Of a DNA stretch of 64,000 nucleotides, positions 10,875 through 21,900 are shown one piece after another; the stretch's first letter is position 1, and the number at the start of each line of letters is the position of its first letter. Below the pieces are notes generated by a model. It had not been told where the DNA came from and made no database searches. It saw only the letters and a program-made list of their open reading frames with translations. The stretch covers positions 1 to 64,000 of the forward strand of contig CAWJQQ010000002.1 in NCBI GenBank assembly GCA_963845065.1, given 5' to 3'. Made by a program: the position numbers and the translations under genes. Source of the DNA: Nitrospirota bacterium (lineage in GTDB: Bacteria > Nitrospirota > UBA9217).

Positions 10875-11491
10875 TCAGGCCCCTGATAATTCGGTTCGAC
10901 AGATTTTCTCCTGTTTTTTCGTCCTCTTCGTCCCAAATGTTACCTCACAATGTCGAGTCGGATCGTTCCGCAAAGCACTTTTTTCGACTATACAGGAAAT
11001 GGAAGAATTTATCAATGGCCTGTGAAAAATATGTTGAATTTCGTCGATACCAAACCAGCGAGGCTTAGCTATTTCGTGCTCAGCATCAAGTTTTTTCACA
11101 TATTCATTGAAGATATTGCGGACGGTTTTCTCATTAACGCCAACCTCATCAGAAATACTAGCAAAGGTTTTTTCAGAGAATTCTTTGAGATGTATTCAAC
11201 GAGACGTTTGGTTGCTGAACGCTTTTCGTGCATCATTAGCAGCGGCTCAGCAAACGTTTTTGGGCATGACTTACAGGAGTAGCGTTTCCGTTTTATCTTG
11301 ATTCCGACCTGTTTACCGTGAATCGGGGTATCGAAAAAGAAGAGATCCCGGCCGCCAAAACCCACGATGTCCGAGCTGTTGCAATGTGGGCAGCAGGGAG
11401 GCGGATTGGTTGTCTTGGCGGTGATTTGGTAGTGCTGGCTGGTTTGATTGACGTTGACGGCCTCAATACCGGGCAGATTAAGGATACTCAC
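10875..11491 (-). pseudogene. ISL3 (ISPpu12/ISPst2-like) transposase relic, frameshifted and 3'-truncated
   Basis: CPHC..FDTPIHGKQV..RKRYSCKSC, then after a frameshift near 11163 EVGVNEKTVRNIF..RWFGIDEI. Confidence 0.85.
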
Positions 11492-11589
11492 GGGATAGAA
11501 CCATTCACCTAGTGCTGCCGATTCTTTGGATTTTTAAAATATCGCTTACGGTGATTTAAACTACTACGCGCAGCCTGCGAACAGTATAT

Positions 11590-11916
11590 TTAGGCGTGTA
11601 TCCGTTGTCGTAAAGAATGCCCTGACTGGAAGGTGACATGTACTTCAATGTTTTTATCCAGCTTCCCGAGAATAGTAATCATCCGATCAATCGTAAAGCG
11701 TTGAAGCTTTGTGTTGCGGATGCGCGAAAACTCAGAATGCGACACGCCCGTTAGCCTTTCGGCTTCGCGTGTGGATAGCTCTCGCTCATCAAGTGTATGT
11801 ATGATTTTTGCTGCAATAATAGCGCGTGCTTGTTCCAGGCTGGCATTACTACGGCCAAAGTCGCGAAATACGTTGCCACTGCCGCGTATTAATCCAAAAT
11901 TGTCTTTCTCTTTCAT
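11590..11916 (-). CDS. XRE/HigA-type antitoxin (HTH_37-like)
   Basis: GSGNVFRDFG, HTH, FTIDRMITILGKL; overlaps the toxin stop. Confidence 0.85.
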   Translation of the reverse strand: MKEKDNFGLIRGSGNVFRDFGRSNASLEQARAIIAAKIIHTLDERELSTREAERLTGVSHSEFSRIRNTKLQRFTIDRMITILGKLDKNIEVHVTFQSGHSLRQRIHA

Positions 11917-12257
11917 TGTAGTGCCTCCTTTAATCGTTTCAGGCGTTGGCGGATAAGATCAACCTCCATTTGAGGGGTCATTATCCCGGACTTGGATTTC
12001 TTTTGAAAAGCGTGAATAACCCAAATATCTGCGCCGATCTTCACAGCATAAAGAACACGGAATGCGTCCTTTTGATACCTAAACGCGATTTCAAACACGC
12101 CACCTTCAACACCTTTAAACGGCTTAGCCTTGTCTGACTTGCTACCTTCAGCCGCTATCGTAAGAGCGCTTAGCATTTCAACCTGCACGTCTTCGGGAAA
12201 TTCTGTAAAATCTCTCCGTGCAGCTTTGATCCATGAAATAGAGCGAGTATCTCTCAT
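11913..12257 (-). CDS. RelE/ParE-superfamily toxin (Gp49/DUF891-like)
   Basis: WIKAARRDF, AFRVLYAVKI..WVIHAFQKKSKSGI; start at MRDTR. Confidence 0.85.
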   Translation of the reverse strand: MRDTRSISWIKAARRDFTEFPEDVQVEMLSALTIAAEGSKSDKAKPFKGVEGGVFEIAFRYQKDAFRVLYAVKIGADIWVIHAFQKKSKSGIMTPQMEVDLIRQRLKRLKEALQ

Positions 12258-12367
12258 GTAGTATATGTTGACATATTTGACACCAATTTGCAAGCTATAT
12301 TTTAGGGGATTATAACAAGCATTCTGAAAAATCGAGATGGCGGCGCAGGAGAAGAAAACTTGGCAAA

Positions 12368-12490
12368 TCAACCGCAAAATCCGGAGTAAGAAAAAATTGT
12401 ACAGAGCTACAAAATCTAATAATCAACCAGTGTCTCAAATGTCTACAGTATCCGGGTTTTCGAGTTATCGACCGCAAAATCCGGATACCC
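12368..12490. repeat. ISL3-type element end with terminal IR and subterminal boxes
   Basis: tcaaccgcaaaatccgga (12368), atcaaccag (12422), gtatccgggttttcgagttatcgaccgcaaaatccggataccc (12448-12490). Confidence 0.85.
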
Positions 12491-12634
12491 AAAATATCAA
12501 GAAGAGATGATTACCATTTCAATTTGGGTATTCGCAACGTAGTGTGGATTTCCAAAATTTGGTATTATTCTTGGTTTGCTAGTTATATCGATAGTGATAT
12601 AGTATTAAAAGATGGCTATCGATGGAGGTTTATC

Positions 12635-12841
12635 ATGAAAACGGTTACCGTTTCCCCGAAGTATCAAGTTGTCATCCCGCGTGATGTCCGGGAAATACTC
12701 AGCATCAAACCAGGTGAAAAATTGCAAGTAATCAATTACGCGAACCGGATCGAACTTGTGCCTATAAAGAAGATTAAAACCATGCGTGGATTTCTGAAGG
12801 GGATTGATACCACAGTGGTTCGGCAGAAGGACCGAGTATGA
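12635..12841 (+). CDS. AbrB/MazE-fold antitoxin
   Basis: MKTVTVSPKYQVVIPRDVRE..IKPGEKL; GGAGG RBS. Confidence 0.85.
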   Translation: MKTVTVSPKYQVVIPRDVREILSIKPGEKLQVINYANRIELVPIKKIKTMRGFLKGIDTTVVRQKDRV

Positions 12842-13212
12842 ACTTAGTCGATTCCTGTGGTTGGCTGGAATATTTCGCAGACGGATCAAATGCGGCCTTT
12901 TTCGCTCCGGCCATAGAAAATACTGATGATCTTATTGTTCCAACAATTTGTATTCTGTAAGTTTTTAAGCGGGTCTTACAACAAAAGGGAGAGGATGCCG
13001 CACTACAGGTAACCGCTTTGATGCAGCAAGGATTGGTTATTGACCTCGATAGCGGGATCGCCGTAAATGCCGCAAAGATCAGCCATGATATAAAGCTGCC
13101 TCTAGCCGATGCAGTGATCGTAGCAACCTCCAGAACTCATAGTGCTGTTATCTGGACACAAGATTCAGACTTAAAAGGTGTTGAGGGTGTAAAATTTGTG
13201 AACAAACGATAA
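12838..13212 (+). pseudogene. VapC/PIN toxin with an internal stop
   Basis: MNLVDSCGWLEYF..PTICIL*VFK (TAA 12958-12960 at the conserved Glu)..LPLADA..WTQD. Confidence 0.85.
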
Positions 13213-13555
13213 AGCAATCCGGATCTTTTTGATTTCCCATCCACGCTATATTACGAATCCCGGCGAAAAGTTAAAATTCCATAGTAAGCCTAAAGTATGT
13301 TGACAAACACAATAAGCAGCCCTAGACTAAAGAAGTAACTAGGAATATGAAACATAAGTTGTTGCGAGCTTTGCCTCGGTTCGCTTTCATGAAATCGGTG
13401 CCAGACCGAATTTTCCGGTGTATTCTCGGGTAGATAGAAAACTCGAGTGTACTGGCTTGAAGGCGGATGGTTGCTGCGAGTTCGCTTGGGAATAGGCTTG
13501 GTTTGGCTAGGAATGCATGGAGCATAAATCATAATTAGGAAAGGGGAGGTGTACA

Positions 13556-13846
13556 ATGAAAGTGAGAGTTACAATACTAGTTCTTCTTGTTGCAGCAGTC
13601 ATGCTGACGGTTGTCGGTTCAGCACTTGCGACGGATCTGACGGGAGTAGTTACTGCTGTAAATATGGAAAAGAGCACAATTACGATTGCGGCTGAAAAGA
13701 TGAATGTCAGCTTCGATTGTGAAACAGGGTCTCTACTCAAGGGTATAAACGTTGGCGATACCGTGAAAGTGCAATACTCAGAGGAAAACGGCAAAAAGCT
13801 GGCTACTACCGTTGTGCGTATGGCCCCTATGGCTCCCATGAAATAG
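13556..13846 (+). CDS. Small exported OB-fold-like protein
   Basis: Signal peptide, GVVTAVN..GINVGDTVKVQY; strong RBS. Confidence 0.65.
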   Translation: MKVRVTILVLLVAAVMLTVVGSALATDLTGVVTAVNMEKSTITIAAEKMNVSFDCETGSLLKGINVGDTVKVQYSEENGKKLATTVVRMAPMAPMK

Positions 13847-13893
13847 GTTGATGAGCCTATACACGCCCGGGTGAATCCTAATTATTGCTGTAT

Positions 13894-13920
13894 CAAAGCA
13901 GGCTTATGCCTGCTTTTTTT
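13894..13920 (+). terminator. Intrinsic terminator
   Basis: aaagcaggc-ttat-gcctgctttt followed by a U-tract. Confidence 0.8.
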
Positions 13921-14062
13921 GTTAAGGTTCCGGTGAAGTTTCCATTCGCTGAAATACTTAAATTTTGCTTTATTATGCAAAATGAGTAATCTGTTAGCTA
14001 ACATGTTACAATTAGGTCGTGATCAAAAGCTTCCGTCACAAGGGTAATGAACTCTCCCACCA

Positions 14063-15514
14063 CTAAACCGCTTGCGCAATTGTAGTGGGGGTTTCACGAT
14101 TCGATGATGGATGCGCGCTGCAGACAGTGGCCCGCAACTCGTCTAATTCCATCTCCCCGCGCGTTACTTCGGGCTGTTCCGGCCCTAGGTGTTTCTTTTT
14201 TCTTAACCGCATAGCACGCTTTGTCTGCTTTACTAAAATTTCTCCCTCTACTAACAGTTTGATCCCTCTCTTTTTAATAATGTTAGCAGCGTTGATGTCT
14301 GCGTTTCCAGTAAAGCCGCATTGTTGGCATACGAACAATGCCTGAGAGCGGCGATTGTCCGGGTGAGTGTGCGAACATTTCGAACACTCCTGCGATGTGC
14401 CCTGCGGTGGTACCACTATTACAAGCTTATTGGCCCTCCTTGCTTTGTATGAGACAAACTGCTTTATTTTCCCCCAGGCTGATTCTAGAATGGCCCTATT
14501 GAGCACGGCCTTTGCCGCGGCGCCGTTTGGCAGATACTTGCCGTTAGCCGAGTTATTGGGTTTTGGCGCCTTCGTCATATTCCTGGTTTTAAGGTCCTCG
14601 AATACGAATATTTCGGCATCGGAATCAACAATTGTTCTGCTTGTCTTATGGGCAAAATCTTCTCGAACATGAGCAGCATACTGGTGGCAGCGTGCTGCTT
14701 TCTCGACCTTCTTTTTCCAGCGCCCGGATTTTTTCGTGCAGCGTGACATCTGCTTTTGATAACGCTTTCGACGCCATTCCTTTTTAAGAAGATTTTTCTT
14801 TTGTCCCTCGATAAAGTCATGCTTGGTGCCGTCACTTAAAGCTACGTTGACCACTACTCCGAGATCGCTGCCCATAGTTATTTTATCGAGGTGGTCTACA
14901 GACATAGCGGAGTAATGAGCAATCAGCTCTTCTTCGGACAAACCGAGGTCCTGAATCTCATAGGAAAATGACACAAACCACTTACCAGCGTGCCGGGTAA
15001 TTACGATAGTCGCTGGCAAATCGTATTCTCTGTGAGCCTTGAAACATAGTTCCCCTAGCGGGTGTTTTTTGGTGCCAATCATTAACCTGTGTTCATAAAT
15101 TGTCTGCGCGTTCTTATTTTGGGTCTTACCTGTGGGCTCAAACCAAAATAACTCATTGGTTAACCATACAGTTTGCCGCCCATTCTTCTTTTTGACATTC
15201 GGACGTTGTGCTAACCCCTTAAAAAACCGCTGCTGTGCTCCCATAAAGCGTACAGATCCATTGCGAAGCACTTGGGAAGGCACCTCATACAAAAAAGGGG
15301 TAAGCGTCTTATCCTTAAATTGAGAGTATTGCTGATCTGAGGGGACCGGGTATCCCGTCAATGAAAGAGCATGTCTTCTGAAAGTGCAAAAATATCGATT
15401 CTCCGTAACTTTGGCGTTATAGATAAATCGCTGGCACCCTATCCATTTAGAAAGTTCCTCCTGCTGTAGTTCCGTGGGGTAAGCACGGAATTTAATGCCG
15501 CTTGACAAACTCAT
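14063..15514 (-). CDS. tnpB: RNA-guided endonuclease TnpB
   Basis: KFRAYPT HTH, RuvC D (GSDLG), E (FEDL), D (NADINAA), Zn finger CSKC..CQQC. Confidence 0.95.
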   Translation of the reverse strand: MSLSSGIKFRAYPTELQQEELSKWIGCQRFIYNAKVTENRYFCTFRRHALSLTGYPVPSDQQYSQFKDKTLTPFLYEVPSQVLRNGSVRFMGAQQRFFKGLAQRPNVKKKNGRQTVWLTNELFWFEPTGKTQNKNAQTIYEHRLMIGTKKHPLGELCFKAHREYDLPATIVITRHAGKWFVSFSYEIQDLGLSEEELIAHYSAMSVDHLDKITMGSDLGVVVNVALSDGTKHDFIEGQKKNLLKKEWRRKRYQKQMSRCTKKSGRWKKKVEKAARCHQYAAHVREDFAHKTSRTIVDSDAEIFVFEDLKTRNMTKAPKPNNSANGKYLPNGAAAKAVLNRAILESAWGKIKQFVSYKARRANKLVIVVPPQGTSQECSKCSHTHPDNRRSQALFVCQQCGFTGNADINAANIIKKRGIKLLVEGEILVKQTKRAMRLRKKKHLGPEQPEVTRGEMELDELRATVCSAHPSSNRETPTTIAQAV

Positions 15515-15537
15515 GCCATTATTATAGCATAGGTAAC

Positions 15538-15978
15538 ATGGAAAATATACAAAATAAATCATTGTCTAATGCAGTTTATTCTATTAAGTTACATATTGTA
15601 TTTGTAACCAAGTATAGGAGAAAGGTATTAACAGAAGAGATGTTGTTATACGCTAAAAAAGCATTTTCTGAGAACCTTTCGAAATGGAGGTGCTCGTTAA
15701 TAGAATTTGGTGGGACAGATGACCATGTACATCTCCTTATTGATGTTCATCCTTCGTTAAATATCTCGGTCCTGATTAATAATCTAAAAACCGCAAGTTC
15801 TCGTCGTCTGCGAGGTAGATTTTTAGAGCACATAAAGAATTTTTACTGGAAGGATGTTTTTTGGCATCGAGCCTACTATGTTGGCAGCGTGGGTGAGGTT
15901 TCTCTTGAAACTATCCAACGGTATGTCGCGCAACAATCGACCAAAGAAAGGTCACAAAAAATAAACCGTCCCGCTTGA
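15538..15978 (+). CDS. tnpA: Y1 HUH transposase TnpA
   Basis: HIVFVTKYRRK, DHVHLL, LKTASSR, YVAQQ. Confidence 0.95.
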   Translation: MENIQNKSLSNAVYSIKLHIVFVTKYRRKVLTEEMLLYAKKAFSENLSKWRCSLIEFGGTDDHVHLLIDVHPSLNISVLINNLKTASSRRLRGRFLEHIKNFYWKDVFWHRAYYVGSVGEVSLETIQRYVAQQSTKERSQKINRPA

Positions 15979-16293
15979 CCCCCTCCTGGCGATTCATCGC
16001 CTAGCAGGGGGAATGCGCGGTACATTGTTCAAAAATTTTTCGAGACAGGTTCAAAAGCCGGGATTCAGCCGTCTCATGCAGCCAAGCTCAAGTTACAGCT
16101 CACACGGCTTGATGACTCAATCGGACCTAACGATATGAATGCACCCGGCTGGAAGCTGCACCCCCTCACGGGCAATCTCAATGGACATTGGTCGGTCACC
16201 GTGAATGGTAACAGGCGATTGACATTTAAGTTCGAAGGTACCGATGCCATACTTGTTGATTACCAGAACTATCATTATTTTAGGGAGAAAACG

Positions 16294-16580
16294 ATGAACG
16301 AATACACAATCCAGCCCATCCTGGCGAAGTCCTCCGCGAATTTTTGCCGGAAGATTTGAGTATCGGAGAGGTCGCCCGCCGCTAGAGAGTATCACGGCCT
16401 CACCTCTCCCGTCTCTTGAACGGACATATTTCTATGACTGCCGAGATGTCCATCAAAATAGCGCTCCTCACCAAAACGTCTCCGGAATCGTGGTTGTACA
16501 ACCAGATAAAATGGGATCTCTGGCAGGCATCTCGAAAACCGCTGCCAAAAATCAAACCTCTTTCAACGGCCGCTGCTTGA
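16294..16580 (+). pseudogene. higA: HigA antitoxin pseudogene
   Basis: HNPAHPGEVLREFL..LSRLLNGH..MTAEM..SPESWL; frameshift after the ATG and TAG at 16383-16385. Confidence 0.85.
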
Positions 16581-16717
16581 CGCGACGTTCGTGAGCTGCT
16601 CGTCCTCCTGTTCTTGCGAGCATTTTTTGCAGACTGGATCGTCATCATAGGTGTCAGGTGATGGCTATTAATGATCATTATTAGCCATCGAGTTCGTACG
16701 TCCAATAGAGTAAAGTG

Positions 16718-16812
16718 GTTGTCCGAAAACTATCGGAATGAGTGTCCGACGCATATCGGAACGGTTGTATGAAAGCGATCGGAATTAGTGTCCGAACCTA
16801 ATGGAATACGCA
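16718..16812. mobile_element. Orphan IS21-family end
   Basis: Four ~23-bp tandem units tgtccga-N-atcggaa ending ggaatacgca (terminal CA). Confidence 0.7.
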
Positions 16813-16929
16813 GCTACAAAAAAGAATGCAGTTTGAACAACGTGTTAGCGTTGTGCTAATAAATTAAACACCAAGCTAAAATTAGAACTTTACGTTGACA
16901 TCCTTCTCTTTTGAACTTAAAATAATTTT

Positions 16930-17208
16930 ATGAAATGCCAAGCTGTCATAGTACTTCTGGCAATCGCTCTCACCATCGCTATTCCACCTTCTTTCCCGTG
17001 CAACCATACGGGGCATGCAATGATCGGTTCTCTTGACGTATGTCACTCAGCGACTCCAGCCCTTTCGTCAACTGGTAACATGCCCTGCATACAGACGAGC
17101 CCTTGTCATCCTCTTCCTCTGGTCCTTCAAGAAACTTTAGAAATTGTAAATCCTTTTTTTAAGCCTACCATAACTGCCTTTCTAGACGAACGTCCTCCAA
17201 AAGCCTAA
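16930..17208 (+). CDS. Small Cys/His-containing exported protein (DUF2946-like, ends ERPPK)
   Basis: N-terminal hydrophobic stretch, VCH..PC..PCH, C-terminal RPP; upstream of an outer-membrane protein gene. Confidence 0.5.
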   Translation: MKCQAVIVLLAIALTIAIPPSFPCNHTGHAMIGSLDVCHSATPALSSTGNMPCIQTSPCHPLPLVLQETLEIVNPFFKPTITAFLDERPPKA

Positions 17209-17529
17209 TCTGTAATCACATCCGAAGTTTTTGAGTCAGTTTTGTTGCCTCGCATTAGAAAGGCACAACGTACGCTTACGCCTGCATGGCATTTCTGGGG
17301 ATAGTTCTCATAGGCTATCCTCCCCTTTAAAGCTTGGCTCCGCTTCGGGAATGTTCAAGCCATCATCATTTACTAAGGTTAGATGTTTCAGGAGTGGAGT
17401 CTTTTTTATGAGGTTTTGAAGAGAAGCCGTATATGCGGTTTAAGATTAACACTGAAATCAGCATTAACAAAAGGCTTATATGTTATCAAACGAAACGTGA
17501 ACTAAACTTATTATGGGGAGGCTTCACCA

Positions 17530-18590
17530 TGCGAGTAAAAAGATATTTCAAGCAGCAAATGAAACAGAAGAAAGTTACACGAACATTATTTTACAGCGTA
17601 CTCGCATCGATTCTTGTAGCAATCTCCTTGCTCTTGTCTTCAGGAGATGCAAACGCATGTGCAAGCTGTGGATGTACATTGAGTAATGATTGGGAAAATC
17701 TGCAGTTTTCTTCTACATCAGGGCTTAAGATCGATTTAAGTTACATCTATATTGATCAAGACCAGCTTCGGAGCGGGGTCAAACCGATTTCACCCGCAGC
17801 CGCCAGCCAGATCGTGGTCAACGGCAATTCTAAGGAAGTCGAGAAATACACCATAAACAATTATGTCAATTTGGGAATCGACTATAGCGTAAGCCGCGAC
17901 TGGGGTATTAATGTTGTAGTACCTTATATTGACAGAAAGCACAGTACGCTGGGAACTGCATCGGACGGTTCTACTGGTGGACCTGGTGGAGGTCAATACG
18001 ATTCACATACTGACAGTTTTGGCGATGTAAAAATAATCGGCCGCTACCAGGGCTTCACTCCACAATGCAGGTTTGGCATCCTCTATGGACTCAAGTTGCC
18101 GACTGGGAGCTATACTGACACAGGAAACTCGACTGATCCGACCGCGCCTGGTCCAGTCGCGATTGACCGCGGCTTGCAACCGGGGACCGGCACCACTGAT
18201 GTAATACTGGGCGCATATTATGCTGATGGTCTTTCCCAAGACTGGGATTACTTCACCCAGGCATTGTTTCAAAAGGCACTGGATTCAAGGGATGATTACA
18301 GGCCGGGCGATGGCTTCAACTTTAACTTGGGTTTACGATACGCTGGCATTCCCAATGTTGGCCCCATCCTTCAGCTAAACTATCGGTACGTTCAGCATGA
18401 TGTGGGATCGAACGCGGATGAACTCAATACAGGCGGAATATTGCTCTATATCAGCCCTGGCATCTCTGTGTCGATCAATCGGCAGGTTTCGGTATACGCC
18501 TTCTATCAATACCCCCTCTACCAGGAACTCTATGGAATACAACTCGCGCCCCATTACACCACCACTGTGGGTATGCGTTATTCATTCTAA
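17530..18590 (+). CDS. Putative outer-membrane beta-barrel transporter with N-terminal CASCGC motif
   Basis: Signal peptide then ACASCGC, FGDVKIIGRY, GLKLPTG, LQPGTGTTD, C-terminal YSF. Confidence 0.75.
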
Positions 18591-18714
18591 AGATAGCACA
18601 CGGGACCGATGAACATTCGTTAACACCGCTGCATGATTGTAGGTGCAGCTCAGGGGAATTTTAATATGAGTGACATGAAGATTATCGATCGTAACTTTTA
18701 GTTCGATGTCCATC

Positions 18715-18756
18715 CTCTGACCTACCCCCTGTCTTTAGACATGGGGTAGGTCAGAG
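18715..18756. repeat. 42-bp palindrome built from IS605-family right-end sequence
   Basis: ctctgacctacccc-ctgtctttagacat-ggggtaggtcagag; reverse complement of the ends at 23554 and 41879. Confidence 0.85.
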
Positions 18757-18864
18757 ATTTCTCCTCTTCAGTAACTAGCGATTTTTTGACAGTAAGCGTC
18801 ATAATATCGCCCGTCTATCAAACCTATAAATTAAAATAATACATAATATCAATATATTACAAGC

Positions 18865-18880
18865 TGGTATCGTTCTTGCT
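18865..18880 (+). promoter_or_regulatory. Sigma-54 promoter
   Basis: TGG-TATCGTTCTT-GCT about 110 bp upstream of the kinase. Confidence 0.65.
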
Positions 18881-18990
18881 GGAATATACTTGGAAAATTT
18901 TTTACATTTATAATTTAATAGTTCACCAAGTGGTTTGATTTAGAAAGTATTTGAGGCGCCTCCGGAGAGCGTCAAGCAGAGAAGGCAAAC

Positions 18991-21900
18991 ATGTTAAATA
19001 AAATATCTGTTCTTAATCTCGAAGATAGCCTGACTGACGCCGAACTGATTCGTGAAAAACTGAGCGAAGAGGGACTTGATTGTGAAATCCGACAAGTGAA
19101 ATACGGGGAGGATTTCATAACGGTTCTCCAATCCCAACGGTTTGATTTGATTTTGGCGGATTACTCACTCGACCACTTTTCGGCACTTACGATCGTCTTG
19201 GAAAAATGTCCAGATATTCCCTTTATCTTCGTATCCGGAACAATCGGAGAAGATATAGCGATCGAAGCCCTGAAAAGTGGGGCAACAGATTATGTACTCA
19301 AAAACAATCTTGGTCGCCTTGCACCAGCGGTGAGCAGAGCGTTGAAAGAAGCAAAGGAAAGAACCGCGCACAGACAGGCGGAAGAGGCTCACAGGGAAAG
19401 TGAAGACTGGTACCTGTCGTTATTCAACCATAGCATCGATGCCGTACTTCTCACAGCCCCGGACGGCAGTATACTTGCCGCGAATCCAGAGGCATGCAGC
19501 ATTTTCCAGCGAACCGAAGAGGAACTTCGCAGGCTCGGCAGGGCAGGCGTCGTCGATGTAACGGACCCCCGTCTTCCGGCCGCAATAGAGGAACGAGCCC
19601 GCACGGGCAAGTTCAAGGGAGAACTTACTCTCGTGCGCAAGGATGGAACTAAATTTCCCGGAGAGATATCAAGCGTTGTCTTTGCGGGAAAAGACGGTCT
19701 TACGAAGACGAGCATGGTCATACGCGATATAACCGAGCGGAAGTGGGCGCAGCAGGAACGCGAGCTATCGATCGAATTCCTACGTCTGGTGAATTCAAGC
19801 ACTGGAACACGAGACCTGATCCGAGCGGCAACAACCTTTTTTCAACAGCAGTCAGGCTGTGAGGCAGTAGGCATCCGGCTGAAGGAAGGGGAGGACTATC
19901 CTTACTTTGAAGCCCGTGGGTTCCCAAAGGAGTTCGTCCTGTCGGAGAATAATCTGTGCGCTCGCGACAGCGTAGGCCGCATCGTCCGGGACAGCTTGGG
20001 CAAACCCGTCATTGAATGCATGTGTGGAAACGTGATCTGTGGCCGGTTCGATCCCGCAAAGTCATTTTTCACAAAACACGGCAGTTTTTGGTCCAACAAC
20101 ACGACGGAACTGTTGCGCCGCACCACTGAAGTGGACAGGCAGACCAGAACGCGCAACCGCTGCAATGGTGAAGGATATGAGTCGGTGGCTCTCATTCCCT
20201 TGCTCCTTGGTGAGGAGCGATTGGGTCTCCTTCAGCTGAATGACCGTCGCACAGGGATCTTCTCTGAGGAGGTACTTTGCGTATGGGAGAGGCTTGCTGA
20301 CCAGCTTGCCGTGGCCCTGGCAAAATTCCGCACCGAAGAGGCGTTGCGGAAGAGCGAAGAGCGTTATCGTTCATTGTTCATGAACATGCTCAATGGATAT
20401 GCCTATTGCAAAATGGTCTTTGAGGGCATGAAACCGCAGGACTTCATCTATCTTGATGTCAATGAGGCCTTTGGAAAACTTACGGGACTAAACAATGTAA
20501 TTGGAAAAAAGGTTACGGAAGTGATACCCGGTATACGCGAGGCTGATCCGCAACTTTTTGAAATCTATGGCAGAGTGGCAATGACGGGCAGTCCGGAGCA
20601 GTTTGAGACATACGTCGAAGCTCTGCACAATTGGTTTTCCATCTCCGTCTATAGCCCCAAAAAAGAACACTTTGTTGCTGTCTTCGATGTGATTACCGAG
20701 CGCAAACAGGCCGAGGTGTCTTTGAGGCAAAGCGAAGCTCGTTTTTCGACGGTATTTCATAACAGCCCGATCAGCATCGTTATTTCCGGCGCTGATGATG
20801 GGAAATTCTATGATGTTAATGATTCATTCCTGAACGTCTACGGTTTTTCGCGCGAGGAGATTATCGGTTGTACATCGCATGACTTGAAGCTGTGGGTCCA
20901 CAGCGAAGAGCGCGAGGCTATGGTCAGGATGCTCCATAAATATGGAAGGGTAAAGAATTTTGAAGCGCAGTTTCGAAAAAAGTCTGGGGACATCGGTAGC
21001 CTCCTCATCTCGGCTGAACTAATCAAAATAAACGGAGAAGAGCGATTGCTGGGCATGTTTACCGATATTACCGAGCGCAAGAGAATGGAAGAAGAGCTGC
21101 GCACATCCGTCCGTATGTGGGACAACACGTTCGATGCCATGAACGACGGAATCATGATTTCGGATGAAAATGGGAAAGTCGTTCGATGCAACAGAGCCAT
21201 GCAGCATTGTTTCGCTAAAGCTCCTGATCAGATCCTCGGAAAGACCCATTGGGATATCGTTCATCACGCTGAGGCGCCGGGGTCAGATTGCGCTTTTAAC
21301 CGGATGCAGAATTCCCGGCGCAGGGAATCCATGATGCTTCGTCTGCACATGAACTGGTTCAACATTACAGTTGATCCGATTTTTGATGCGGACGGCTTGT
21401 TACGCGGGTCCGTACAAATCCTTACGAACGTCACGGAACGCAAGCAATTCGAGGAGCAGCTCAGGGAATCGGAAAGCAAGTTTAAAAGCCTGGCCGAACA
21501 ATCACTGGTTGGCACCTATATTATTCAAGATAATTTATTTAAATATGTGAATCCGCGCCTTGCTGAGATGCTTGAATATCGTCCTGAAGACATCATGGAA
21601 AACGTTCATTTGACTGATGTTCTCATACCCGAAGATCGCCCTCTCATGAAGGCCAAGGTCAGACAACTTCTGTCGAGCGGAGGGGCGGTTAGCCAATACG
21701 AAGTCCGCGGATTGAAAAAAAGCGGTGAAATTCTGCATTTGGAAGCTTACGGCACGAAGGGACTCTATCAGGGCAAACCGGCAATTATCGGTATGGCGCT
21801 TGATGTTACCGAGAAAAAGAATTTGGAAAGACAACTTCTGCAGTCCCAGAAGATCGAAGCAATCGGCACACTTGCCGGGGGCGTGGCTCATGATTTCAAC

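Larger units (their letters stand above)
14047..16027 (-). mobile_element. IS200/IS605 element (IS605 type, divergent tnpA/tnpB)
   Basis: Boundaries fixed by rebuilding higB; subterminal hairpins at 14055-14090 and 15979-16010; no TSD; TTGAA 5' of the left end. Confidence 0.92.
14019..16359 (+). pseudogene. higB: HigB toxin split by an IS605 element (14019-14046 joined to 16028 onward)
   Basis: Joining the flanks gives MIKSFRHKG-IQKFFETGSKAGIQPSHAAKL..GWKLHPLTG..WSVTVNGNRRLTF..DYQNYH; native stop lost. Confidence 0.9.
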
